Program-made: the position numbers and the translations under genes
Shown here: positions 31,101 through 38,468 of the stretch, piece by piece
Position numbering within the stretch: the stretch's first letter is position 1
Layout of the letters: each line of letters starts with the position of its first letter
Notes under the pieces: generated by a model
Seen by the model: only the letters and a program-made list of their open reading frames with translations
The model's database searches: none
Told to the model about the DNA's origin: nothing
NCBI GenBank assembly: GCA_963770895.1
Contig: CAVYRF010000001.1
Location: forward strand, 704,481 to 768,480
From: an uncultured Acidobacteriota bacterium
GTDB lineage: Bacteria > Acidobacteriota > Thermoanaerobaculia > Multivoradales > UBA5704
Direction: 5' to 3'
DNA length: 64,000 bases

Positions 31101-34100
31101 GAAGAGCTGGCCCTGCCCCGCGACCTCGCCTCGACGCCGCTGTTTCAAGTCATGTTCGCGCTGCAGAACGCGCCCGCGGGGGGCCTCGAGCTGCCGGGCC
31201 TCCGCCTGGCGCCCGTCGCGGTCGGCTCGCGCACCGCCAAGTTCGACCTCACCCTGTCGCTGTCCGAATCCGCCGCGTTCGCTGCTGCGCTCGCACCGGC
31301 GCCGGACCAGGCGGCAACCTTTGCCGGCTGGCTCGAATACAAGACCGACCTGTTCGACGGCGCCACCGCCGAGCGCCTGCTGGACCACTTCGCCGCCCTG
31401 CTCGAGCGCGTCACCGCCGACCCCTCGGCGCCGCTCGCGGACCTCGACCTGCTGGGCGCCGCCCAGCGCCACCAGCTGCTCGTGGAATGGGGGCACGGCC
31501 CGGCGCTCGATACCGCCGGCGCGGCCGTCACCCTCGACCAGTATTTCGAAGCCTCCGTCGACCGCGCCCCCGACGCGGTGGCGCTGGTCTGCGAGCACGC
31601 CAGCCTCACCTACGGTCAGCTCGACCGGCGGGCCAACCGCCTCGCCCATCACCTGCGCCGCCTGGGAGTCGGGCCGGAGACCCCCGTCGCCCTCTGCCTC
31701 GAACGCTCGCTCGACATGGTGGTCGCCATCCTCGCCATCGTCAAGGCAGGAGGCGCCTACGTGCCGCTAGACCCCAGCTATCCGCAAGAGCGCCTGCGTT
31801 TCATCGCCGCCGACGCCCTGGCCGCCGCCAGGCGTCCGGTCCTGGTCACCCGCAGCGGCCTCGCCGGCCGCTTCGTCCGTCTACTGGGTGGGGGCGGTGG
31901 GGAAGGGGAGGGGGTCGGGACCGCCAGCACGCCCTTCCAGCTGGTCCTGGTCGACGCCCACCAGCGGCGCATCGCCCGCGCCCGCGCCAGCGCCCGCCGC
32001 CCGCGCGCCGGCGTGCCGTCCGCCGGTCTGGCCTATGTCATCTATACCTCCGGCTCGACCGGCCGCCCCAAGGGGACGATGAACACCCACCGCGGCATCC
32101 TCAACCGCGTGCTATGGATGCAGGGCGCCCACCCCCTGACCCCCGGCGACCGGGTGATGCAGAAGACCCCCATGTCCTTCGACGTCTCGGTGGGCGAGCT
32201 CTTCTGGCCCCTGCTGGCCGGAGGCTGCCTGGTCCTGGCCCGCCCCGAGGGGCACAAGGACGCCGCCTACCTGGTGCGCCTGGTCTGCGAGCAGGCCATC
32301 TCCATCCTGCACTTCGTGCCGGCCCTGCTCGACCTCTTCCTCGACCAGCCGCAGGTGGCGCAATGCCGCAGCATGCGCCAGCTGGTGGTGGGCGGCGAAG
32401 TGCTCTCGGCCGAGCTGCGAGACCGCTTTCGGGCTCGCCTCCCGCACTGCGAGCTGCACAACCACTACGGCCCCACGGAAGCCGCCATCGACGTTTCGGC
32501 GTGGACCTGCCGGCACGCCGGCGAGCAGGCGCCGGTGCCCATCGGCCGGCCGGTCGCCAACACCTGGCTCTACGTCCTCGACCGCGACCTGCGCCCGCTG
32601 CCGGCGGGGGTGCCCGGCGAGCTGCTCATCGGCGGCGTCCAGCTCGCCCGCGGCTACCTCGGGCGCCCCGACCTGACCGCCGAGCGCTTTGTCCCCGACG
32701 CCTGGAGCGCCGGCGGGCGCCTCTACCGCACCGGCGACCTTGCCCGCCACCGGTCGGACGGCGCCCTGGAATACCTCGGCCGCCTGGACCACCAGGTGAA
32801 GCTGCGCGGCTTCCGCATCGAGCTCGGCGAGATCGAGACGGTGCTCGCCGGACACCCGGCCGTGCGCCAGGCAGCGGTGCTCCTGGTGGATGCGCCGCCG
32901 GCAGGCGCTCAGCTGGTGGCCTGCGTGGTGGCACAACCGGGCGCCGGCACCGGCGCCGAGGCTGCCGCGATCTGGCCGGAGCTGCGCGCCTTCCTCGCCG
33001 CGCGGCTGCCCGACCACATGGTGCCGGCGGCGGTGGTCTGGAGCGCGGCGCTGCCCACCACGCCCAACGGCAAGATCGACCGCCGCGTCCTCACACAGCA
33101 GGCCGCCGACGCCGCGGCGGCGGTACGCGGCACCGCCCTGCCTGCCGCCGCCCCGCCCCGCGATGCCGTCGAAGCCGCCCTGACCGCGATCTGGTCCGAG
33201 ATCCTGGGCCGCGGCACGCTCGACCGCGACGACAACTTCTTCGACCTGGGCGGCCACTCGCTGCTCGCCGTCCGCCTGATGGCCAGGATTCGCCAGCGCT
33301 TCGGCCGCGAGCTGCCCCTGCAGACCCTGTTCCGCGCTGCCACCGTGGGGCAACAGGCGGCGTTGCTGCGAGCCGGCGCGGCGACCGCCGGCCGCTCCAT
33401 CCTGGTCGAGCTGACCCCCATGGCCAGCACCGCCGCCAACGCCGGCACCTCCACCAGCGCCGGCACGCCCACCAACGCCGGCACCTCCGCCGACGCCGGC
33501 ACCTCCGTCAAGGCTGGCAGCCCCGCCGCATCGGAGCCCGCAGCCCGCCCGTTCTTCTGCGTCCACCCCGCCGGCGGCAACGTCCTCTGCTACGCCGAGC
33601 TGGCGCGGTCGCTGGGAGCGGACCAACCCTTCTACGGCCTGCAACTGCCCGACCTGCGAGACCTGCCGCCCGACGCCACGGTCGAGGCGCTCGCCTCCCG
33701 CTACGTGACCGCCCTTCAAGCCGTGGCCCCCAACGGTCCCTATGCCCTGGGCGGCTGGTCGCTCGGCGGAGCCATCGCCTACGAGATGGCCCATCAGCTG
33801 CGCCTGGCCGGCGAACAGGTCGACCTGCTGGCCCTGATCGACCCCTCGCCGCTTTCCGTCACCCACCCGCAGTCGCCGGAACCGGAAGATCCTGAAACCT
33901 CGGCCGCAAGTCCGGCGACGACTGCCAGTGCCGGGATGCCGGCTGCGGAACCGGAAGATGGGAACCACGGCGCCGACGCGCAGCTCGCCGCCGCCTTTGC
34001 CTACGACCTGGCCGCCCTGAGCGGCCACGACGCTGCGCAGCTGGCCGCGGCGCACGCGTCGCTGCACCTCGATCCAACCCGCCCGCTGCCCGACCTGCTG

Positions 34101-34448
34101 GCGGCCGGCCGCGCCGCCGGCCTGCTGCCAGCCGACCTGGCAACCGACGACGTGGAGCGGCTCTTTGACCTCTTCCGTACGACCTGGCAAGCCTTCCGCC
34201 GCTATCGCCCCGAGCCCTACCCAGGCCGCCTAACCCTCCTGCGTGCCGCCCACCGCCGATCGTCCGCCAACGGCCATCCGCCGACAGAGCCCGCCGCCGC
34301 CTGGGCCGCGCTAGCCCGCCAAGGCGCCGACATCGAAACCCTGGCCGGCGACCACTACTCGATCGTCCGCCCACCCGCCGTCGATCGCCTGGCCCAAGCC
34401 CTCCGCCGCCGTCTGACCGCAACCAGCCGCGGCTCCGGCCCCAAGTGA
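22104..34448 (+). CDS. Non-ribosomal peptide synthetase, 3 modules: N-terminal carrier domain, then C-A-T, C-A-T, C-A-T-TE
   Basis: 4114-aa ORF. The N-terminal carrier motif is LGLDSLAAAEL. Three condensation domains carry His motifs (HHIVADFWSLG, LHHIAADAESV, MHHIVSDGWSLG). Three adenylation domains carry the A3 core motifs YVIYTSGSTGRPKG, YVLYTSGSGGAPKG and YVIYTSGSTGRPKG, plus the A8/A10 motifs (YRTGDLAR, GR.D.QVKIRG, NGK.DR). Three thiolation domains carry FFDLGGHSLLA, FFHLGGHSLLA and FFDLGGHSLLA. The C-terminal thioesterase motif is GGWSLGGAIAYE. Confidence 0.95.
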   Translation: MSDSEHPFAARGAGAAPQDLAPAGDLDGGDGRDAMLRAAGPEERAALALAWLRRQAAATLDRDAAQLPADRSLVALGLDSLAAAELSGAVENILKVPLGVADLLAGASLAELAGDIARNLDEAAAASHAGQAGGTVHAGDDGRQVVVPEPHRAGAPPPAAPSPRTALSWGQRALWLVDRMAPGNPAYILAGAAHVGVGAARGGDLDVARLCQAITALVARHAALRMRCEQGSDGEVVQVVGDQPLFGWLEVDAGVLSEQGLHELVAEEAWRPFDLARGPLLRVALFRGGGRAPLLVLAVHHIVADFWSLGVMIDQLGALYQGRLLAPLAATHGEHARRQAERLAGPEGEALAAWWRAALPPGAPALELPTDRPRPPVQGFRGGARTRWWERELVGELDRLGRRAGATPFMTLLAAYMTLLHRYTGQPELRVGTPASGRGAPDLSGLVGYFVNPLVVRGELAGNPGFEQLLSRVRQAVLAVFAHQDFPFALLAELLGGARDPSRPPVFQAMFVFYSERRAGERGMSGFALGEAGARLDLGGLTLESVRLPRRGAQVDLTLLAADRDDRDQRAEREGARAVSLQFDSVLFDGATAERMLGHLCALAAAAVADPGCGIRDLPLLTAGERQQVAEWNATAVAWPGDLRLHQLFEEQARRTPDAVAVVVDAATDADADADADTGADTAGAGSRRGPAPPAAGRAVASAACWTYRGLDRRADRLARRLRQAGVGPESVVAILAERSAAMVAGLLAILKAGGAYLPLDPDHPAERLRQMLHDSGAGVLLAQRRLLPRLGEPDAPPVVAAAVLVLDDPDRDDSAQDEQDDPATGGAAFGAAALALAPDGRPERAPPPLERAVHPDSLAYVIYTSGSTGRPKGTMNTHRGIVNRLLWMQQQYRLAADDRVLQKTPLSFDVSVWELFWPLATGACLVMARPGGHRDSGYLLAALAAHQITTVHFVPAMLSDLLAALPPRGDASSGAGPWDAAPAGLRRVVASGEALPYGLQQRYYAALAAPLHNLYGPTEAAVDVTHWATDPDADRRLVPIGRPVANTWIRLVDRQGGLVPIGVPGELCIGGVQLARGYLGRPALTAERFVPDPLGDAAGARLYRTGDLARYLPDGAIDYLGRLDHQVKIRGVRIELGEIEAALLRHPAVREAVVTVAAVADHASPAGADPRLAAYLVTRGAAAPPRAGEPAAGEPAAPPAAPAAAPPSDLADDLRRLLRQSLPEAMIPAAFVVLPALPLSANGKVDRRALPAPRWGAAAVAGTPPRTADQEILAGLFAELLGLTVAGDRSGDSSGNGGSRASGDSSDDGESSGNGGSSGNGGSRGSVDSGGSGAAAGGWVAGTQGGEAADARGVAAASGGEQGGGLGIDQSFFDLGGHSLLATRLLARVRQVFAVELPLRQVFEAPTVARLAAAIAAARRGDLAAAPPLVPLPPAARQGPLALSFAQERMWFLDQLEGGGATYNMPGVLRLAGPLQVAALRAGLAEVCRRHEVLRTTFTVRDGAAGPVARVARPAAAPGPPLPLVDLSGLAAGCRQAVASRLAALEARRPFDLVAGPVLRAVLLRLSGGPPAAAQALHLLLLTLHHIAADAESVEVLARELAALYTAGATGRPPDAAALPPLPVQYADFAAWQRAALSGDRRAAEVAFWREQLAGARGAPPVLELPCDRPRGTVSGRRGARRPVVLPAALAGRLAAVARDHRATLFIALLAAFDTLLGRYGGQDDVAVGVPVANRDRAQIQPLIGLFVNTLVLRLDLSGDPTFGELLGRARQTALAAYGHQEMPFEQLVAHLQPRRAAGESPFFQVVLALQPGLAAPAMAGLAVELAPGDTGTAKFDLSLALDVAPDGSLAGTWTWRAGLFDPATIERLSVQLRQLLAAVAAGEPGPAGRLSELPLLGPAERHQLQREWNDVWQPGGGDLLHAAFERRAAQVPDAVAAVEAGHDGLMGRSLTYGELAARAGRLACRLAALGVAPERIVGVSLPPSLDLLVALLGILKAGGAYLALDPAQPRERRAQILAESSALLVVAASPAAPTAPVTAATAAASSSVIAATTAAAAARPSAVEGLMLLGPDGRAAALGAAAGATPRRTPFPPAPDPDPDNAAYVLYTSGSGGAPKGVVVSHRAVVNRLRYQVAADLAPDSRVLQRARLAFDVSVLELFAPLWAGAAVVLIDAARQQDAGYLARVVAAQQVTNFNAPPALLPALLAEDELRRCRALRRVVLGGERVPVDLAHRFATMMAAGPGAAPLLLSRYGPTEATISVTEWHCRPAPAAPAGSAGPLGWPIAGARLHLLDRHGREVPPSAPGELCIGGICLARAYLARPDLTAAAFIPDPFAAPGEEAGSRLYRTGDLARRRAGGELEFLGRIDRQVKIRGFRVELGDVEAALARHPGVRETAVVDRDEPATGGRRLVAYVVPRQADAGGLEPQALRSFVAEHLPPYMLPAAWVLLDCLPLTANGKLDRRALPEPADLSPAADAAEPAALDGASGRRGAAPRTPAEELLAGIWCQLLGVRQVSIGDDFFHLGGHSLLATQLVSRLSATLAVDLPLAKVFEHPTLAAMASAIEQARGLGGAEPTVAGLAGRLTPAHEAGGGAGRGDGARPVPLPLLPRQAGGAAAQLPLSFAQQRLWFLDRLAPGSPAYNMPLAVRLSGDLDIPALAAGVAALVARHETLRTTFHETAGEPWQRIAPPLAAGASSGAGAGAAATSALPVVDLRALVDAGEPDGEPGGGPGLDAGWPGQPDGFAPLPLPRRALAAALDLAAAAARRPFDLARGPLFRPLLLRLTGREHLWLGTMHHIVSDGWSLGVLVRELTAVYAALAAGREPRLPALPVQYADYAAWQRQRLSGDLLAAQIAHWRERLAGLPARLDLPVDRPRPAVETVAGAQRRWRLAGDVAGRLRQLAAASGATPFMVLVAAFQALLGRWSGQQDLAVGTPIAGRNRIEIEGLIGFFVNTLVLRADLSSGPRRLAFDQLLARTREATLAAYAHQELPFERLVEELALPRDLASTPLFQVMFALQNAPAGGLELPGLRLAPVAVGSRTAKFDLTLSLSESAAFAAALAPAPDQAATFAGWLEYKTDLFDGATAERLLDHFAALLERVTADPSAPLADLDLLGAAQRHQLLVEWGHGPALDTAGAAVTLDQYFEASVDRAPDAVALVCEHASLTYGQLDRRANRLAHHLRRLGVGPETPVALCLERSLDMVVAILAIVKAGGAYVPLDPSYPQERLRFIAADALAAARRPVLVTRSGLAGRFVRLLGGGGGEGEGVGTASTPFQLVLVDAHQRRIARARASARRPRAGVPSAGLAYVIYTSGSTGRPKGTMNTHRGILNRVLWMQGAHPLTPGDRVMQKTPMSFDVSVGELFWPLLAGGCLVLARPEGHKDAAYLVRLVCEQAISILHFVPALLDLFLDQPQVAQCRSMRQLVVGGEVLSAELRDRFRARLPHCELHNHYGPTEAAIDVSAWTCRHAGEQAPVPIGRPVANTWLYVLDRDLRPLPAGVPGELLIGGVQLARGYLGRPDLTAERFVPDAWSAGGRLYRTGDLARHRSDGALEYLGRLDHQVKLRGFRIELGEIETVLAGHPAVRQAAVLLVDAPPAGAQLVACVVAQPGAGTGAEAAAIWPELRAFLAARLPDHMVPAAVVWSAALPTTPNGKIDRRVLTQQAADAAAAVRGTALPAAAPPRDAVEAALTAIWSEILGRGTLDRDDNFFDLGGHSLLAVRLMARIRQRFGRELPLQTLFRAATVGQQAALLRAGAATAGRSILVELTPMASTAANAGTSTSAGTPTNAGTSADAGTSVKAGSPAASEPAARPFFCVHPAGGNVLCYAELARSLGADQPFYGLQLPDLRDLPPDATVEALASRYVTALQAVAPNGPYALGGWSLGGAIAYEMAHQLRLAGEQVDLLALIDPSPLSVTHPQSPEPEDPETSAASPATTASAGMPAAEPEDGNHGADAQLAAAFAYDLAALSGHDAAQLAAAHASLHLDPTRPLPDLLAAGRAAGLLPADLATDDVERLFDLFRTTWQAFRRYRPEPYPGRLTLLRAAHRRSSANGHPPTEPAAAWAALARQGADIETLAGDHYSIVRPPAVDRLAQALRRRLTATSRGSGPK
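25970..26105 (+). repeat. In-frame degenerate tandem repeats (about 18-21 bp, agcggcaacggcggaagc-like) encoding a Gly/Ser/Asp-rich linker between A1 and T1 of the NRPS
   Basis: The encoded linker is GDSSGNGGSRASGDSSDDGESSGNGGSSGNGGSRGSVDSGGSG. Repeated agcggcaacggcgg(a/c)agc units are visible. Confidence 0.7.
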
Positions 34449-34474
34449 GCGCCAAGCCCAGCGGGCGCGCATAT

Positions 34475-34717
34475 TCAATCGCTCAGCGACCTCTTCTCAC
34501 CCAGCAGATCCTCGATCTCCGCGAGCAGGTCATCAGCCTTTCCAGCGTATGCCCGCGCGAGACCCGCGTCAGTCTCCCGGCGACGCTTTGCTGAAAAATA
34601 GGTTTTGACAGCTGAGCTGATAAAGGCCGAACGACCCTTTTGTTGGGTTTCTGGATCGTCGTCGATCCGTCGCAGCAGCTCTTGATCCAGCCAGATCCTT
34701 ATGGGGCGAGTTGTCAT
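34475..34717 (-). CDS. Ribbon-helix-helix (CopG/antitoxin-like) small DNA-binding protein
   Basis: 80 aa: MTTRPIRIWLDQELLRRIDDDPETQQKGRSAFISSAVKTYF.... The conserved RHH beta-strand (IRIWLDQELLRRID) sits at the N-terminus. An AT-rich promoter-like region lies immediately upstream. No cognate toxin gene is visible. An alternative start lies 13 codons upstream. Confidence 0.5.
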   Translation of the reverse strand: MTTRPIRIWLDQELLRRIDDDPETQQKGRSAFISSAVKTYFSAKRRRETDAGLARAYAGKADDLLAEIEDLLGEKRSLSD

Positions 34718-34779
34718 GTTGTGATTATGCAATACAAGTTTGTGTTGTCGGGTCATCAAGTCGCGCGCGGCGCGCGGCG

Positions 34780-35196
34780 TCAGCCGGCGCGGAGCAGCAG
34801 GACGGGGACGTTGACGCTGTGCTGGACGCGGTTGGCGGTGACGCCCAGGAAGAGGTCGGCCAGGAAGCGGTGGCCGTGGGTGCTCATGGCGACCAGGTCG
34901 CAGCCGCGTTCGCGGACCCAGCGGACGATTTCGGTGGCGGGGTCGCCGTAGGCCAGCTCGGCCTGGGCGGGGATGCCCAGGGCCTCGAATTCGACGCGGA
35001 CGGCTTCCAGGTAGGCGGTGTCGTCGCGGATCTCGGGGCTCACGGCGTCGGGGCCGAAGGTGCGGGCGGCCCAGCCGGTGGCGACGTGCAACAGGACGAT
35101 GCGGGCCTGGGTGAGCTGGGCCAGGGGCTTGACGTGCTCGATGATGGCGCGATCGCTCCTGGTGGTGTCGAGGGTGACGAGAATGCACTGATACAT
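34780..35196 (-). CDS. Universal stress protein (UspA family)
   Basis: 138 aa from an internal Met MYQCILVTLD. The ATP-binding motif is DLVAMSTHGHRFLADLFLGVTANRVQHSVNVPVLLL. An SD (GGAGG) lies 5 nt upstream. Confidence 0.75.
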   Translation of the reverse strand: MYQCILVTLDTTRSDRAIIEHVKPLAQLTQARIVLLHVATGWAARTFGPDAVSPEIRDDTAYLEAVRVEFEALGIPAQAELAYGDPATEIVRWVRERGCDLVAMSTHGHRFLADLFLGVTANRVQHSVNVPVLLLRAG

Positions 35197-35216
35197 CGCC
35201 CCTCCTGCGCAGCCGT

Positions 35217-35382
35217 TAGTGGCCTGTCCTGGAGAATTCGAAAGCGGATGGCGCCGGCAATCGGCGGCGGGGGCCAGGCGCGCCGACGCAGGCATAGTCG
35301 GAACTATGTCGAGGAGGCGCAACGCCGCACCCGCCGTCGAGGGCAAGCCAGGCGCTTTCGAATTCTCCAGGACAGGCCACTA
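35217..35382. repeat. Perfect 30-bp inverted repeat pair (35217-35246 and 35353-35382) separated by 106 bp
   Basis: Arm 1 (tagtggcctgtcctggagaattcgaaagcg) is the exact reverse complement of arm 2. Each arm contains an internal GAATTC/TTCGAA palindrome. It lies between usp (its upstream region) and the mntH 3' end. Confidence 0.8.
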
Positions 35383-35402
35383 GTGTGCCGCCGCCATGGG
35401 AA

Positions 35403-36812
35403 TCAACCGGTGGGGCCGCCGGCGACGACCTGCCAGGCGGTCCTGAGGGCGTCGGGCAGGCCGTACAGGTCCATGGCGGTGATCAGCAGGGCGCTGGCCC
35501 AGCCGGCGCCGGTCAGCAGCCAACCGGTGCGCCAGGCGCCCATGCGCTGGCGCGAGGCGGTGAACCAGAGCAGCGGGAACATGGCGAAGGGCAGCTGCAG
35601 GGCCAGCACGACCTGGCTCAGGGTGAGCAGGTCGGTGACGCTGCGGTCGCCGTGCCAGGCGATGACTGCGACGGCGGGGACGATCGCGGCGCAGCGGGTG
35701 ATCAGGCGCCGCAGCCAGGGCGACAGGCGCCAGTGCATGAAGCCTTCCATCACCACCTGGCCCGCCAGGGTGCCGGTGATGGTGCTGCTCTGGCCGCTGG
35801 CAAGCAGGGCGATGGCAAAGAGCGCGCTGGCGGCGAAGGTGCCCAAGAGCGGCGCCAGGGTGAGGAAGGCGATGCGGATCCAATCGCTGTCGGGGCGGAA
35901 GGCGACGACCTGGCCGCCGGCCAGGGTGACGCTGGCCTTGCCGAAAAAGACGGTGGCCGCCAGGACCAGGATGGCGGCGTTGACCAGGAACGCGACGCCC
36001 AGCGCCGCGGTCGAATCCAGGGTGTTGAAGCGAATCGCCTGCCGCATGGAGGCCTTGTCGCGCTGCAGCCGCCGGCTCTGCACCAGCGCCGAATGCAGGT
36101 AGAGATTGTGCGGCATGACGGTGGCGCCGATGATGCCGATGGCGACGTAGAGCATACCGCGCTGGCGCAGGCCGGGCGCCGCCAGGGCGCGTCCCATCTC
36201 CAGGAACTGGGGCCGCGTCGCGGGGAGCACGAAGATCTCGGTGAAATAGCAGATGCCGATGGTCGCCACCAGGACCAGGACCACCGCTTCGATGGTGCGC
36301 ATGCCGAAGCGTTGCAGGCCGAGCAGCAGCAGGACGTCCAGGCCGGTGATCACCACGGCCCACAGCAGCGGCAGGTGAAACAGCAGGTTGATCGCCACGG
36401 CGCTGCCCAGCACCTCGGCCAGGTCGCAGGCGGCGATCGCCACTTCGCAGAACAGCCAGTTGGGCCAGCGGGTCCAGGGGGGGAGCCAGTCGCGGCTGCA
36501 CTGCGCCAGGTCCTTGCCGGTGACGACGCCCAGGCGGGCGGCGATGACCTGCAGGAAGATCGCCATGACGCTGGCCAGGGCGACGACCCACAGCAGGCCG
36601 TACTTGAACTGCGCGCCGCCCTGCAGGTCGGTGCCCCAATTGCCGGGATCCATGTAGCCGACGCTGACCAGCAGCGCCGGTCCCGCGAACGCCCGCCAGT
36701 GCCGCCAGAAGCCCTGGTCGGCGCGCGGCACCGCGACGCTCGAATGGACCTCCTGCAACGATTGCGTGGCGGAGGGCGCCGAGGCGGGGCTCATGTCGGA
36801 TGTTTTGAGCAC
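35403..36812 (-). CDS. mntH: NRAMP-family divalent metal (Mn2+/Fe2+) transporter
   Basis: 469 aa, multi-TM. The NRAMP signatures are GPALLVSVGYMDPGNWGTDLQGGAQFKY and MPHNLYLHSALVQSR. Confidence 0.85.
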   Translation of the reverse strand: MLKTSDMSPASAPSATQSLQEVHSSVAVPRADQGFWRHWRAFAGPALLVSVGYMDPGNWGTDLQGGAQFKYGLLWVVALASVMAIFLQVIAARLGVVTGKDLAQCSRDWLPPWTRWPNWLFCEVAIAACDLAEVLGSAVAINLLFHLPLLWAVVITGLDVLLLLGLQRFGMRTIEAVVLVLVATIGICYFTEIFVLPATRPQFLEMGRALAAPGLRQRGMLYVAIGIIGATVMPHNLYLHSALVQSRRLQRDKASMRQAIRFNTLDSTAALGVAFLVNAAILVLAATVFFGKASVTLAGGQVVAFRPDSDWIRIAFLTLAPLLGTFAASALFAIALLASGQSSTITGTLAGQVVMEGFMHWRLSPWLRRLITRCAAIVPAVAVIAWHGDRSVTDLLTLSQVVLALQLPFAMFPLLWFTASRQRMGAWRTGWLLTGAGWASALLITAMDLYGLPDALRTAWQVVAGGPTG

Positions 36813-37036
36813 TCAAAGTATTGAATCACAGGTACCCGAATTGTGTCAAAGCCCAGGTAGCAGGATGGTGACAGCTGCGCTTTCGGCGCTCGCCGCGCTC
36901 GCGCCGCGCCCGCCATCGTCTAGGATACGGGGCCTGGGCTTGTCGGGCAGCAAGGCCCGCCATCATGCGCTCCGCCCGGCGCGGCTTGCGCGCCGTCGCG
37001 GCAGCCTCAGATCGACCCGATCAAGGAGAGAAAATC

Positions 37037-37417
37037 ATGGGAAACCCGTTCTGCCACGTTGAGCTGACCACGACCGACATGGACAAGGCCAAGAGCTTCT
37101 ACACCGGCCTGTTCGATTGGAATCTCCAGGACGTGCCGATGGGTCCTGGCGGCAGCTACACCTTGATCGGCGTGGGCAAGGACAAGGCCGGCTGCGGTGG
37201 CGGCATGATGTCGATGCCGGGCGCCCCGACGGCGTGGATGGCCTACGTGCTGGTGGACGACGTCAAGGCGTCCACCGAAAAGGCCCGCTCGCTCGGTGCC
37301 ACCATCGTCAAGGATGTGATGGAGGTGCCGGGCGCCGGCTGGATGAGCATCATCACCGATCCGGGTGGTGCCACGCTCGGTCTCTGGGAAGCGAACCCGA
37401 ACGCCCAGCAGTCCTGA
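37037..37417 (+). CDS. VOC/glyoxalase-family (PhnB-like) protein
   Basis: An SD (AAGGAGAG) lies 6 nt upstream of ATG MGNPF. Motifs: HVELTTTDMDKAKSFYTGLFDW...GAGWMSIITDPGGATLGLWE. 126 aa. Confidence 0.75.
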   Translation: MGNPFCHVELTTTDMDKAKSFYTGLFDWNLQDVPMGPGGSYTLIGVGKDKAGCGGGMMSMPGAPTAWMAYVLVDDVKASTEKARSLGATIVKDVMEVPGAGWMSIITDPGGATLGLWEANPNAQQS

Positions 37418-37605
37418 TCGCCCAACCTGCCGCCGGCGTGGCTAGTGAGCCGCCTGTACCCGGCGGCCGCGGACAAGCCAGAGCTGGTCGAGGGCAGGCC
37501 CGGCGCCAGCGGTTTTGCTGGTACAGGTCCCTGGTGCCCCGGTCGTCGGGGCACCGGGCGCCCGGTGGGCGGGGTCGGCCGCGGGGCGGGGCCGGCGGCG
37601 CGGTT

Positions 37606-38271
37606 TCAACCGGCGCTGCTGGCGTGGATGCGGCGGGCGGCGGCGGTGCCGACGACGACGGCCGGGTGGCCGGCGGCGCGCAGGGTCACGGCGTCGGCCA
37701 CCGGGTCCAGGCGCTCGACCACCACCTTGCGGCCCGGCACCAGGCCGTGCTCTTCGGCAAAGCGCAGAAACTGGCCGTCTTCGGATTCGACGCGCGCCAC
37801 CTGCACTTCGCACCCCGGCTCGTAGTCGGCCAGGGTGCGGACGCGCAGCTGGACGACTTCCCCCGCGGCGTCGGGGATCGGGTCGCCGTGCGGGTCGGCG
37901 GTGGGGAAGTCCAGCACTTCGTCGATCCGCCGCAGGACCTTTTCGGAAACCGCGTGCTCGAGCACTTCGGCTTCTTCGTGCACTTCGCTCCAGTCGAGGC
38001 CCAGCACCCGCACCAGGAACAGCTCCAGCAGGCGGTGGCGGCGCAGCACGTGCAGGGCGAGCTTTTCGCCGCTGCGCGTCAGCCGCACGCCGGTGCGCGG
38101 TTCGTAATAGACCAGGCGCGCTTCGTCGAGCGCCTTGACCATGCTGGTCACGGTGCCCGGCACGACTCCCATGAGGGTCGCCAGGCGGCCCAGCGGCACC
38201 AGGCGCTCGGGACAGCGCTGCTGTTCCATGTACAGGCGCTTGACGTAGTCCTCGACCGTGCTGGTGGGCAT
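37606..38271 (-). CDS. DtxR/MntR-family metal-dependent transcriptional regulator with C-terminal FeoA/SH3-like domain
   Basis: 221 aa. The HTH region reads VEDYVKRLYMEQQRCPERLVPLGRLATLMGVVPGTVTSMVKALDEARLV. The metal-binding/dimerisation region reads HVLRRHRLLELFLV. It is adjacent and divergent to the methyltransferase operon and near mntH. Confidence 0.85.
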   Translation of the reverse strand: MPTSTVEDYVKRLYMEQQRCPERLVPLGRLATLMGVVPGTVTSMVKALDEARLVYYEPRTGVRLTRSGEKLALHVLRRHRLLELFLVRVLGLDWSEVHEEAEVLEHAVSEKVLRRIDEVLDFPTADPHGDPIPDAAGEVVQLRVRTLADYEPGCEVQVARVESEDGQFLRFAEEHGLVPGRKVVVERLDPVADAVTLRAAGHPAVVVGTAAARRIHASSAG

Positions 38272-38468
38272 TGCGGGGGGAGTCTACCAGGTAGGGTGGG
38301 AGTCGATTGCGTGCTTTCGAACGGTGCGGCAGGCGGGGACATGGTATCATTTGCGCACATTCGACGGCCAGGTATTTGTCGCCGCCGAGCCGCTGTAGTA
38401 CCTTAGTACCCAATGGCGAAAATGCTGGTGCCTCGGTGGGTCGTGCGACGGGTCAAGGTCACCGCGCA

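Noticed and set aside
34475-34717. Calling the RHH protein part of a toxin-antitoxin pair
   Set aside because: No small toxin ORF (ParE/RelE/VapC/CcdB-like) is adjacent on either side. It is kept as a stand-alone RHH DNA-binding protein.
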